Source: Gnetum montanum (taxonomy: Eukaryota > Plantae > Gnetophyta). Taken from it: 64,000 bases of DNA. The notes under the pieces were generated by a model, which was given only the letters and a program-made list of their open reading frames with translations, was not told where the DNA came from and did not search any database. Numbering within the stretch: position 1 is the first letter of the stretch; the number at the start of each line of letters is the position of its first letter. Position numbers and translations under genes: made by a program. Where the stretch lies: assembly GCA_015680685.1 (NCBI GenBank), contig MNCI01003248.1, positions 1 to 64,000 of the forward strand, written 5' to 3'. Below, in pieces: positions 12,207 to 22,744 of this stretch.

Positions 12207-13984
12207 ACTCGTCAATTTCTTTCTCTAATTAAGGATGGGGTTTTACCCCTCCTATATCATCATCATCATCTTAGCCTTGTTCTAACAACATGGAGCCTTG
12301 TTCTAACAACATGGATTGAGCTACATGAGTTCTCTTTTGCCATTTGCCTCTATGAAGAGCTAAACCGTTATTTATTTTTTTACCCCTCCTATATTAATCC
12401 CAGAATTATGAAGGAAATGAGTGAGATTTTCATATTTTTTTATTTGTAAATCTGTTTTGTACCCCCATGCTACTGGTCTGGTGAGTCCAAGGCTAATCCT
12501 TTCACTTGAACATTCATGTTATTCGAATAGCCGTTAAATTCAATATTACTCTAGATATATGATGTCTTGCAGCACTGTCTAGCAATCTTTTCGTTTTTTT
12601 GGAACAAAGAACTTGAAATATCCAAGCATTTCTAAGGCTTAACTGCTATGAATTTTAAGATGTTTCTCAACTAAAGTTGGGAAACATTTTGGATATCGTT
12701 GGAGGAATGTAGAGACATTGGATTTTAGAAAACATGGGTTGGAGCTTGGAAGCTGCTTTTGCATTAAACAAAATGTTATTAATCTGTTCACAAGCGTAAA
12801 ATGAACCTCTTTTTGTTATGTGCATTTAAAAAAAATAGTATTCCACATTTTGAGTTTAAAGTAATGATCTTCAAATTGATAAATTAAATCTAGGTCATAC
12901 CAAACTACTCATCTTCAAGGCAACAACTTGGCATTTGCTCCCTTTGCAAATATTGAAAAGGTCATGGTTGATAAGGGCAAGCAGCTATTATAATCAAAGC
13001 AGAGGACAATGTATGCAAACTGCTTTTAGGAGAAGACAAAATTGCAATTGCTAGGGTTCAGCATCAATTGGCTGTTCAAGCATGTGATTGTTCAGTTTTT
13101 CTGTTCACATCCCCAATAAAGAAAGGAATTAAAGCCCAACAAAGATATCTTTTGGAGACCATATATCAAATTCTTAACAAATTGGGCCATGTTGTTGGAG
13201 ACCATATGTTTTTTGTTTGAGTAAGATGCAAGATGACGCCACGTTCTCATTTATAAAGCACAATGTGCTCAGATATTTTCTTTTCTTAAATATCAGGTTA
13301 ATCTTCATAACCTTTTCAGTGCTTTTTTAATGTAATGATCTGAGGAATGTCTTGTTGGATGCTTATTCATCCTGTAAGCTAACCTTCTTTCCTTTTCCAG
13401 AATTTGCCAGTTGAAATTCCCTGTATGAAGTATAATTTGTCATTGAATTAGTATTAGCATTTCATTTTAGTAACCTTAAAAAGCATAGAGCCGTTTCTGG
13501 TTATCTATACTGTCTAGATGAGTAGCAAGCCAGAGTTTCGCAGAATCATAAATCAAAATAACAAATATAAACCAATTATCGATAAATTTAACATTTTAAA
13601 TTAATATACTGTCTACGATGTTATCAAGCTCTTACAAATAATTCTGTATGTGTTACAGGCCAGAAGACATCACACCGGAGGAACAACCAGAAGACATCAT
13701 CCCAGCGTTGGGGTTGTCGTGGTCGTCGATGACATGGTCCAGCAGCAGCAGGTTACGGACACGACGGAGGCATGCAGCAGCAGCTGCTTATCGTAGAGGC
13801 CGATGAAGCCAACGACACAGCTGAGTCGGCAGCGACGGATGTAAGTGGCCACTCATGATATTTGCTTACCTGTGTATAGAAACCTAATGTGCACGTGCAT
13901 TACAAATTGTCATGTATAAACTAAATTAAACTAAATTTTCTGTACATCTGGAATGTAATTTCCGAACATTGCAGTTTCCGAACA

Positions 13985-14091
13985 TTTCATTCAGTGTTTT
14001 CGTATTTTACCGACATGCTTAACTTTCTAGAAGAGGCGATAGCGTTGCAGCGGCCACAGCATGTCGGAAAACACGAAAACACTGAATGAAA
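13985..14091 (-). ncRNA. Candidate pre-miRNA hairpin (family not recognised)
   Basis: Arms 14058-14091 and 13985-14019 pair over 34 bp with one G:U and one 1-nt bulge; 38-nt loop region. It lies ~150 nt downstream of a minus-strand TATA box. Confidence 0.7.
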
Positions 14092-14110
14092 CTCTCGAGT
14101 CATTGTCGCC

Positions 14111-14191
14111 TTAACTCGCCTTATGTTGGTGGCCGCGAAAATCGCCTGAACAACCACCAAGATTAACGTAGCAGCTCGTCTCTCTGGCCAT
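14111..14191 (-). CDS. 26-aa small ORF upstream of the hairpin (candidate miPEP): MARETSCYVNLGGCSGDFRGHQHKAS
   Basis: First ATG after the TATA box, in strong context gagATGGC. Its TAA is ~20 nt before the hairpin. Translation is unproven. Confidence 0.35.
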   Translation of the reverse strand: MARETSCYVNLGGCSGDFRGHQHKAS

Positions 14192-14240
14192 CTCTGTCTT
14201 TTGAGGGAAGACTGCGGTGTCTTCTTCTTTGTAGCCACGG

Positions 14241-14250
14241 CTTTTTATAG
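14241..14250 (-). promoter_or_regulatory. TATA box (CTATAAAAAG) of the putative MIR transcription unit; ACGT-core elements further upstream (ACGTGTC 14361-14367, TGACGTC ~14598)
   Basis: The plus strand reads ctttttatag at 14241-14250; GC-richer promoter-like sequence extends to ~14700. Confidence 0.55.
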
Positions 14251-17030
14251 AGAGGCGAGGTGCAATTGCGCCCAGCCCACCCTGCTGCTACTGAAGTAAA
14301 TAATAAGCTGATCTTATGGAAAACGGTATACACCGTAAGACACCTGTTGCTCGGAAATAAACGTGTCATTGTCAATCACGTAAAGAGAGTAAATTTCACA
14401 TCTCGCCACCATATTGCAGCGGGTCGCGGGTCTTTTGGGCAGCACGGCGGAATTAGAGGGAATTATTGGCAGACGACAGACGAAAGCATCATGATTGTAA
14501 CCATATACAGTTTCTCTCAATAAAAGTAGCATTATTATCACAGATACATTGTCCCTGCTCCTGCCACACCTGCTCGCTGTCTGTGTTCTGCATTCCATGA
14601 CGTCTGTTACCTGCGACGCGCCGCCTTCTACACGCTTTGCCTCAAGTGTCCCGTGGCCATGAAAAAAGAAGAAGATCAAATTCAATGTCTCTCGGCTCTT
14701 TTCTCCTTTCAAAATTGCTGTGTCAGGAAAAGGCTGATTATACTGGTCCAGTATACTTCAAAGACACGTTCTATCTATATATAACATACACACTCAAAAA
14801 GAAATTAGGTTTTCGTTTTGATATTTCCCCTTTTTGATTTTATATCTTGTACGGGATTAATTCCTTTGAATTTTGAATAAATCAAATTTTGGAGTTGTAT
14901 ATGTCTGGAAATACAGGAGAACGCTTCTTCGCTTCTTCGCGGACATTCTTACCCCAGGAGAACCACCACCCTGGGACTGGCGAGGGTCAGCCATTGCAAA
15001 TTTGCCGTGACTTTTTGGTTAATGGGGCCTTTTCCAATGCAAAGTGCATGCCTTTTTGTCAAATCCCTTTGTTGAAGGTATATCTGTTCTGGCAATTAAT
15101 CTACTTTGCTCTTACAATTTCCTGAGTTGGTAGATACTGGCCATCGTTGGTACTAGTGGTTTAGTTATTTATTGTTTTGTTGACTCTCCATTCCAGTCAT
15201 TACGACTTGATTTAAAAAAAAAATACCTTTGCACCTTGCGTGTTACATGGGTTAGGTGTTATGGAATCGTGGTTGGTAATTATTACTATGGGTTTGTCTT
15301 TGGATGAGTTTATATGGTTCAGTTTCTTATAGCTATAAAGAGGAGATTCATAGTCATAAGGTTGGACAAAGAATTCAATAGTTTCTTCAGAGTTATTATT
15401 TTGCCTGAGAGTTTTGGGTTTGTACCTAGGAATAAGTTTAGAGAAAAAACTGGTAAACCGATATTCCTATGGTTAACAGGGACCAGTGCCCATCAATTTC
15501 ACACCCTCCTCACAGTACTGACTTTCATAACTTTTTTATAAAAATAATTGGAATGCATTTTGATGCATGGATTTTATGATTAGATGTATAATTTTCTCTT
15601 AAAAGTTGCACTACTTTGCATTTTCACTACTTTACAATTATAATGGCCTACATACGCATTGATTGTGGCCCTGCGCTTAGCATGGGCAATGTTGGCATCA
15701 ACACAAATAAGCTACAAATCTTTTGCATTTTAAACTAAAACCAACTTATTCATAAAGTGCATTATCATTATGGAAAATCATTTTGGTTTAGTAGTTAATA
15801 AAAATTCTAAATATGTGTAGGTTTTTATATCTTATCAATGGCTAGAAAATTGTTTAAAAGCTAATTTGAATTAGTAGCAAAATGCTATGATGAGAGTGGC
15901 AAAAGCCTATCAGATGACCATTGTGCCCTAGTACATAACATTTTGATACCATTGAGAAACGAAAGCAATTACTGCCAGTTTCTACGAATGTTCACCGAAT
16001 AGAGTCATTGACAGTTTCTGACAATGCTCACAAGATCCACTACAAGATGATCTCTAAACCACTACAAGATGATCTCAGATTCAAAGCAGATTTACAATCT
16101 AGTGAAAATCAATCACAGTTTGCAAAACAGGCCAATGCAATTGCTTTTACATATTCAAAAAATTAACAATCAAGAAAGAGTACTCTGACCTTGGATGACC
16201 ACAGAAGTGCGCAGTTGGCCAAAAAGGAGGTAAAATCCTATTATTTTAATTCGTAAATGCTACAAGCTCTTCTTTTGGTGTGTCACAGGTATTTGAGATA
16301 CATATGAATCATTAATGATGTTTTAATTATCCTCTCATTGTGAAACAATATTCAAAAAATGTTGCAAGAATGGCTGAAAAGTAATTTATTGTGTTTACAA
16401 ATTTGATGTGGTTTTAGTGCTTATGTAGCCATTTCCATCGTATCTTCCTCCTAACTTGAACAAAAACATTAACGAACCATTCAAAAAATTTCAAAGTATA
16501 TACAAGAATGGAAACTACCAAAATTGTACCAAACAATGTATTTTAACTGGGCACCATCATTGATTGCTATTGTTGTTGTTAGGTCTAATGATGATTGAAG
16601 GTCTTTCAGCCACCATGAAGTCATCTCTGTCATAGAAGAGCTTCCCTTTAAAACTGAAAATTTTGACCTAGTAAAAGGTTTTCCGTGTCTAGAAAAATTA
16701 ATGCAGAAACATGTAAGTTGTTAATTCATTTGTTAGTAGTTTTGGATTTTTTTCCCTGAAATTCTGATTATTGTATGGTTTTTTTCAAGCTTTTGTATTT
16801 TGTTCTAGATGCATTCTACAAAGTATGTACTAATTTTATTTATAGTCATCAATTATGCTTGTGCTAAGAAGCAAGTTTTCATACTACACTAGTATTGCAA
16901 AGATACATGTAGAAAATACTTTGTATTTAATCTGCTTAGGGCTATCTTTTTTACTCTTATTTACTCATTGTCATCTCCCTAGCCTAAATACATTGTGATT
17001 TTAAAATCTATTATATTGTAGTTATGTTGT

Positions 17031-17190
17031 AGTAGAGTGATGATAAGGTGTTTGTTTCTCAAGTCATAAGACTTGGGTTCAAACCTAGGCACAACTATGT
17101 AAAAGATGTTACGCTTTCACTCATTTATGAACTTTCCTAGATCCTACCTTGGCAAAATGAGCATTGAATCTCTAAGCAATGATCTTTTTT
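17031..17190 (+). mobile_element. tRNA-derived SINE with T-tail (Au-like layout), copy 1
   Basis: A-box-like tagagtgatgataagg, B box GGGTTCAAACC (17075-17085), ends gatcTTTTTT. Homologous to 59346-59517. Confidence 0.6.
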
Positions 17191-17329
17191 GTAATTGTCT
17201 TGTAACTGTTCCTTTTGTATATTTGTATTTGTGTTAGCCTTGAGAACTTCTATTAGGTCATACCATACTCATTTTTTTATGACTTTGATTTTCTAGGAAG
17301 GTTGACATAATAAGAATCATCGTCCTTGT

Positions 17330-17835
17330 TGAATCTTATGCAACTCTTCAACTTGAGGTGGTCCAATTGGAGTAGCCTCTCCTTGCATGTTCCTTTTCTT
17401 TACCATTGGAGATTGTTTGTGTAGAATGTTATACCTATTTACAATTTTTCAACCTTTGTGTATCTTTATGTTTTTAGAGTCTCTACTATTAGAGATTGCC
17501 CGTTTGGATTCTTAACAGATATTTTAAGCTTACCTATTGATATATTTTCATAGTATATAATTTTAGTTATTTTTTATTGTTGATACTACCATTGTAATTC
17601 TATTACCATTTTTAAAGTTAAAGTAGCCTCTCGTTGTATGTTCTTTATCCTTACCATTAAAGGTTGAGTATGTAGAATGATATCCCTATTTCTATTTTTG
17701 CAAACTTCGTGTATCTTTGAGTTTTGATAGTCTATGCTATTAGAGATTTATTGTTTGGATTCTACATATTTTAAGCTTGCATTTTGATTTATTTTCATAA
17801 TAAGCAATTTTAGTTGTATTTTATTGTTGATGTGG
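17330..17835. repeat. Diverged two-copy tandem duplication (~250-290 bp unit)
   Basis: agtagcctctc..tgttc..ttaccatt..gtagaatg..ctattagagatt..attttaagctt..tttattgttgat occurs twice. Confidence 0.75.
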
Positions 17836-18694
17836 CCAGTGAAGCTTGAATTTTTTTATTTATGCTTTCTAAGTATTTTACTTCCAACTTACTCTTAAGA
17901 TTTGGAAAAAGTGTATTTCTTAGTAGGCAGAAACTCCCATAGGAAATGAGCATTTTTAGATTTTGATGAGTGCTTTTTAGTTACTAGGAAGGTAGATTCA
18001 TATGATAACTTCCATCAATTGGACTTTTTTTGGTTAATAAGAAATTTCCCATGGCATTATTGCTTTGAAGTTAATGATGTATGTGGTCAAAGTTGGAACA
18101 TTTTGAAAGTGACAAGAAGGTTAAAAGTGATGTACATTTCTTTAATATTTTGAATATATTTTAAAGTTCATTGTAGCACTTTTGAAAAAATCTTGTTCAT
18201 TAACTTATTGATATATTTTAGACATAAAGGTTTCATGCCTTGAATATATTTTAAATTATTCTATTCTACTTGTCTTTTTGAAATGATATATTGCTTTTAG
18301 CCGGTTTACTAATGTTTTCTAAATCCGTACAATGCTTACATTATACTTCTTTTTCAATGCAGCCTTGCAGCAACCTTATTTGAGGTTGTGCATAGCATCT
18401 GTGATTTTTAAGGAAGCTAGTTTGTCATAAGGATATTCTTTAGAGATTATTGTGTAATCTAGGCATACACTTTGTTACAATGTAAAATGTTTTTTGTGCA
18501 TGGATTCAATATGAAAAAACTTTTGAAGCACATGGTAAATTCTTTAGGATCATACAATATAACATGAGTGAAATACTGAGAAGTAATGAGTAATCATGCA
18601 AAAAACTACTTTTTAGATTGATAACCTATACATGTGAATGGGTTCAAAGAATCTTATGTCTTGAATGAGATATTTGAAATGTTAGCTTTATTAT

Positions 18695-19533
18695 TGATGA
18701 GTGGCTAGGTACCCCTACACTCAACCATACAAATATGAGCGTGTACACGAGATCCGGTCGAACTTTGCAGATGGACTAGTTGTGGCACCTAGATAGTTAC
18801 ATGTTGATTGCAGTTTGTTGTCTTCCCACCTAGATTAGTATTTGCTTTATCATGTATGGTTTAGTCTAGAGTGAGGTATATGATGTGATTTCTAACACTA
18901 GGCTACTCTTAGAGACAATGGAAAATAATCTTGATTAAACTAATAAGCAATATGAAGTAAAATCTAAATTAGCTTAAGTGCGATGAGCATCCGTTCTTAA
19001 TCATCTGTACACATCTTGAACCTCGTGTACTACTTCTAGGCTTACCTAGTGCACATTACTTAAGCACTACTAGATATGCTACTAGGTTACCAAGTAGTTA
19101 CACTTAAACGTTCATGATTAAGAAGTACTTACTCTGCGTTAACAATAGAAAATGTAAAGGACAATAAAGGAAATATTGACTAGAAAAACAACAATAAATA
19201 ATTAACAACTAAAGCAAATAAAAGCTAAGTGAATGTTGCAATGATGGAGTAATTTTGATCTTTATTGTAATTGTGTGCATGTCCAAGTACGTCACACTTG
19301 AACAAAGGTTTTGTATAAGTACAATCATCACATTGCGAGCATGCACATGGGAAAGAACTAAAAACTAACTAAAAACAGACAAAATGACTCTACCCTAAGA
19401 CTTAACAAAATGACGATATCATGTATTCAATATCGTTATCCAGGCTACGATATCACGTACTCGATATCGGGGCTTGGTAAACCACTATTCATCATACCCC
19501 CACAACTAAATAACAACTTGTCCTCAAGTCAAG
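18695..19533 (-). mobile_element. 3' LTR (18695-19494) with PPT and a ~40-bp internal stub of an Athila-like element
   Basis: Plus strand TGATGAGTGG at 18695 ... CATCA at 19490-19494, followed by TACCCCCAC..TTGTCCTCAAG (minus strand: CTTGAGGACAA..GTGGGGGTA), the same PPT context as 30076 and 48121-48155. Confidence 0.8.
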
Positions 19534-19838
19534 TGATGGGACGCGATATCGCATGAGCCACGGTTGATCCCTTGCGATATCGCGGTTCGCCGCCATATCT
19601 ATAAATAAGAGGTGGCACTCTCTTTATTCCTTATCCTAGGCTTAAAGTAGGAAAACTCTGGCGGATTGATCACCCTAGAGATAGATTACTTTGCATGTGC
19701 CCGCAGTAGGAGTCCCCAAGTGAATGGATCTTTATTCGAGCAGCTTTGTACCTGAACGCAAGTTGTGTACGATAATAAAGATGAGCTTTGTGGATAAACC
19801 TTGCAGTACATGAAATAGGTTTATTACATGTTATTTTC
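19534..19838 (+). mobile_element. 3'-truncated LTR (U3-TATA-R part) of the same family, nested in the previous element
   Basis: Starts TGATGGGACGCGATATCGC; TATAAATA at 19600-19607; TCTTTATT..AATAAAGA stem at 19729-19781. Similarity to other LTRs stops near 19838. Confidence 0.8.
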
Positions 19839-19869
19839 CTCCGCCGACATTATGACCTTTTCCTGTGTC

Positions 19870-20436
19870 ATGGAATAGGCTCAACACATGGTCACAGCAT
19901 GCTTTCCTGACCCTATTTTTGGTCACAGCATGTTCCATGTTGCTGAGCCTATTCATGTCGATCATAATGGCCAGCACGTTGCTAAGCAGTACAGGGTCAC
20001 AATGGTTTATTATTATAAATCTTCTCCGCCGCCACCACCAACATATAAGTACATCTCTCCTCCACTTCCATACTACTACAAATCACCTCCTCCTCCCAAG
20101 CAGCATCATGAGAAACCTTACTACTATAAATCCCCTCCACCACCATACTTATACAAATCACGTCCCTCTCCTAAACACAAGCATGAAAAGCTTCACCACT
20201 ACAAATCTTCTCCTCCATCTCCAACCTACAAATACACATCACCTCCTCCTCCACCTTACCACTACAAATCTCTCCCACCTCCAACTTACAAACACAAATT
20301 TCCTCATCATCCATACCAGTACAAACCATACCCTATTCATAAGCCCAAACATCCTAAACATCCTCACCCATACCCATACCCATTCCCACACAAGCCTTAC
20401 AAGTATGCTTCTCCACCACTACCAAATCACTATTAA
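19870..20436 (+). pseudogene. EXT: Extensin (Ser-Pro3-5 / YxY HRGP), copy 1; repeat domain intact but N-terminus disrupted
   Basis: ORF 19888-20436 has SPPPP/YYYK/TYKY repeats and ends KPYKYASPPLPNHY. The upstream in-frame ATG at 19870 is followed by TAG. The hydrophobic signal-like sequence is in the +1 frame. It might still be translated from 19888. Confidence 0.7.
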
Positions 20437-22744
20437 ACCCATTACTACTTTGAGACATAACTATGAGTGGTAAGTGACCTGTTTTTTTTAAATTGTTTTT
20501 TAATCAAGTCTCGGCATTTATTTTCTGTAACCAACCTTGGATGGCTTTTGATTGGCTGAGGAAGACGCTCACTCTCATCATTCAAAATGGCATGATGGAG
20601 AATGTTGCTCTGGGAGTAGTCAATTAAATAACGAATCTTCATTTTATGTGCTTGATTTTTTGTTTTTTTTTTGAATATTGCTATTCATTATTTTTATGCG
20701 TGGGGGACTTTTTTCTGTACCAGAATAAAGACCTTTGTGGAGTTATGTACTGTCAGAAATGGCATAGGCATTCATTCCTATATATAAGAATGTGGAAATA
20801 AAACGTGTATTCTTTTGAATATGAATTGTGATCAACTTTCTATTTCAGTCTATCTGATAAGCTGCTGCATCTGGACAATGGCATATTTAATATCAACCGA
20901 CATCAAAACCTTAAATTTCTGCACAGAATGCAACAAGTTAATTTTACAATCGAGTCCCTGTTTGTCATGTCTGTCAATCTTCAAATTGAGGTACCTTTCG
21001 CACTATTTCAAATTTAAAAAATGCCAGATGTGTCAAAGAAAAGTGAAGGGCACGATCAACACTGACTGATGGGAAACAACAGAAAAAAAATGCGTCTGAA
21101 ACAATCGAGAAAAATTTGATAGCAAATCAGAAATTAAGAATACCTTAAACCGTCAAAATAAAGTATATGTTTCAATATCTTGTTTTAAATTTGTTAAGAC
21201 TTTGACTAATGGGTTAGGCCGAGATATACTGGGTTCAGTTTAGAAATTTGCAAGGGAAAAATGGTTAAAGAGGCCTGGCTGGGTGCTACTATCTTTAGTA
21301 TTTCTAGCAGATCAAATTAAATTATCAAATTACCAAGAACTGTGCAAAAATTATGGTTATGATTATGCTGACCAGTTTAATTTAATATTGGCAAGCATCT
21401 AATTTCGTGTAAATCGAATCCCATTATGCACACAATAAAAAATTTAAAAAAGGTAGAAGACAACTAAGTTAAATCTGGCTGAATGAGAAACAGATGAAAA
21501 TCTGAAGATATTATCTATGTACATCAATTTTTATATTTCCACCATGATAAGTCCTTTTCAAATTTCAGAAGATGGTCCAAGAAACAACAGGAGGTCAATG
21601 TAGGAGATGGAAATGCTGCACTGAGCTTTTCTTTTACTTGAGATTTTTTTCCTTGGTGGTGTTTTACTTATAAGCCGGTTAGTCAACGGAAGAATATGCT
21701 TATCTGGAAATAGAAATCAAATTCTGGAATCTCTAAAGGCTGATCTGATTTGCAAAGGGTAAAAGTTTTGTAAACAAAAGGTTTGTACAGTTCTCAGTAC
21801 CTTTCAGTTTACCACCTGCATTTCCAAACTGTTAAATATCAAGTCCGTATCTGCCGTGGAACTGAACATAACAAAACTGCATATATTCAATAAAACGTAT
21901 AATATAATAGACTTGCATAAAAGGCTTCAGTCTTTACATTGCTTTCATGACTTGTTAGATGAGCTGGTAACAACTTAAGTACCGGTCAAAAGCTAGAAAT
22001 AGTGGCATAATCTATTACGATATCTGAATCCTGATGAGTAATGTTCAATCCTAAACCAAGTTGGGTTGGAAAGACAACATTTTATGGCGGCAGCCAAACT
22101 TTTTGTCTCCTGTTATGGAAATGACATATTCCTAAACAATAATTTGAACCTGGGTTCCTTGTTTAAACAATAAGTTTGCTCTAGGCAACTTGAGCTTCCC
22201 TAGATACACAAACAAAAATCTTAAAGGGAAAAAAGTACTTTATTTGTAGCAATTAGGATTTATTTACATCTCAGTGACTCAGACATGAACAGTTTGTGAT
22301 GGTGTAATCTGAGATTAAAAGGCCTTGAAATGCGGTTATTTGAAAACATACTACATGAATGGACACTTAGGAGATGTTGACCCTTGATAGGATAATCATT
22401 AGGTATATACCAGGATCCCAAGATATGTTAAATCTTGACTAGTAAAAGATGCTTTTATCACTTACACAACGTGCTTGCCAGCTGGAACAGGCTTTTCCTG
22501 CTCTTGCTAACAAATAGGAAACAGAAGTGACTACCATGTTTATGATGGTGCACTCTGGTGACATTATTTTAAAGTTGTTCCCGATTCAGCTTGATGCATG
22601 TTCCAACGTACTTGATGATGTGCAAAGCATGTCAAGACCAAAGCACTTGCATTTCATCTTGGATAAGTCCAACACAAAACCTATATATTCACGCTCTCAC
22701 ATCATATAACATGACAAGCAAGTACTCTCCAACATTGTTGCTGC

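Noticed and set aside
13660-13860. Cys-rich frames as a GASA/defensin/metallothionein exon
   Set aside because: Cys spacing fits none of these families; the Cys runs come from (CTG)n repeats.
13987-14238. 83-aa ORF-track call MATKKK..
   Set aside because: It starts at a GTG only a few bases after the TATA box, upstream of the expected TSS; the region is better explained by the hairpin.
16580-16672. ATGATGA..CTGA with flanking TAGGTC/GACCTA as a C/D snoRNA (similar boxes at 2951, 15888, 54105)
   Set aside because: No exact rRNA or snRNA antisense element recognised; such boxes are frequent by chance in AT-rich DNA.
14890-16720. Scattered splice-like sites suggesting a plus-strand gene divergent from the MIR candidate
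   Set aside because: No consistent reading frame or recognisable domain could be assembled; a lncRNA cannot be excluded without RNA data.
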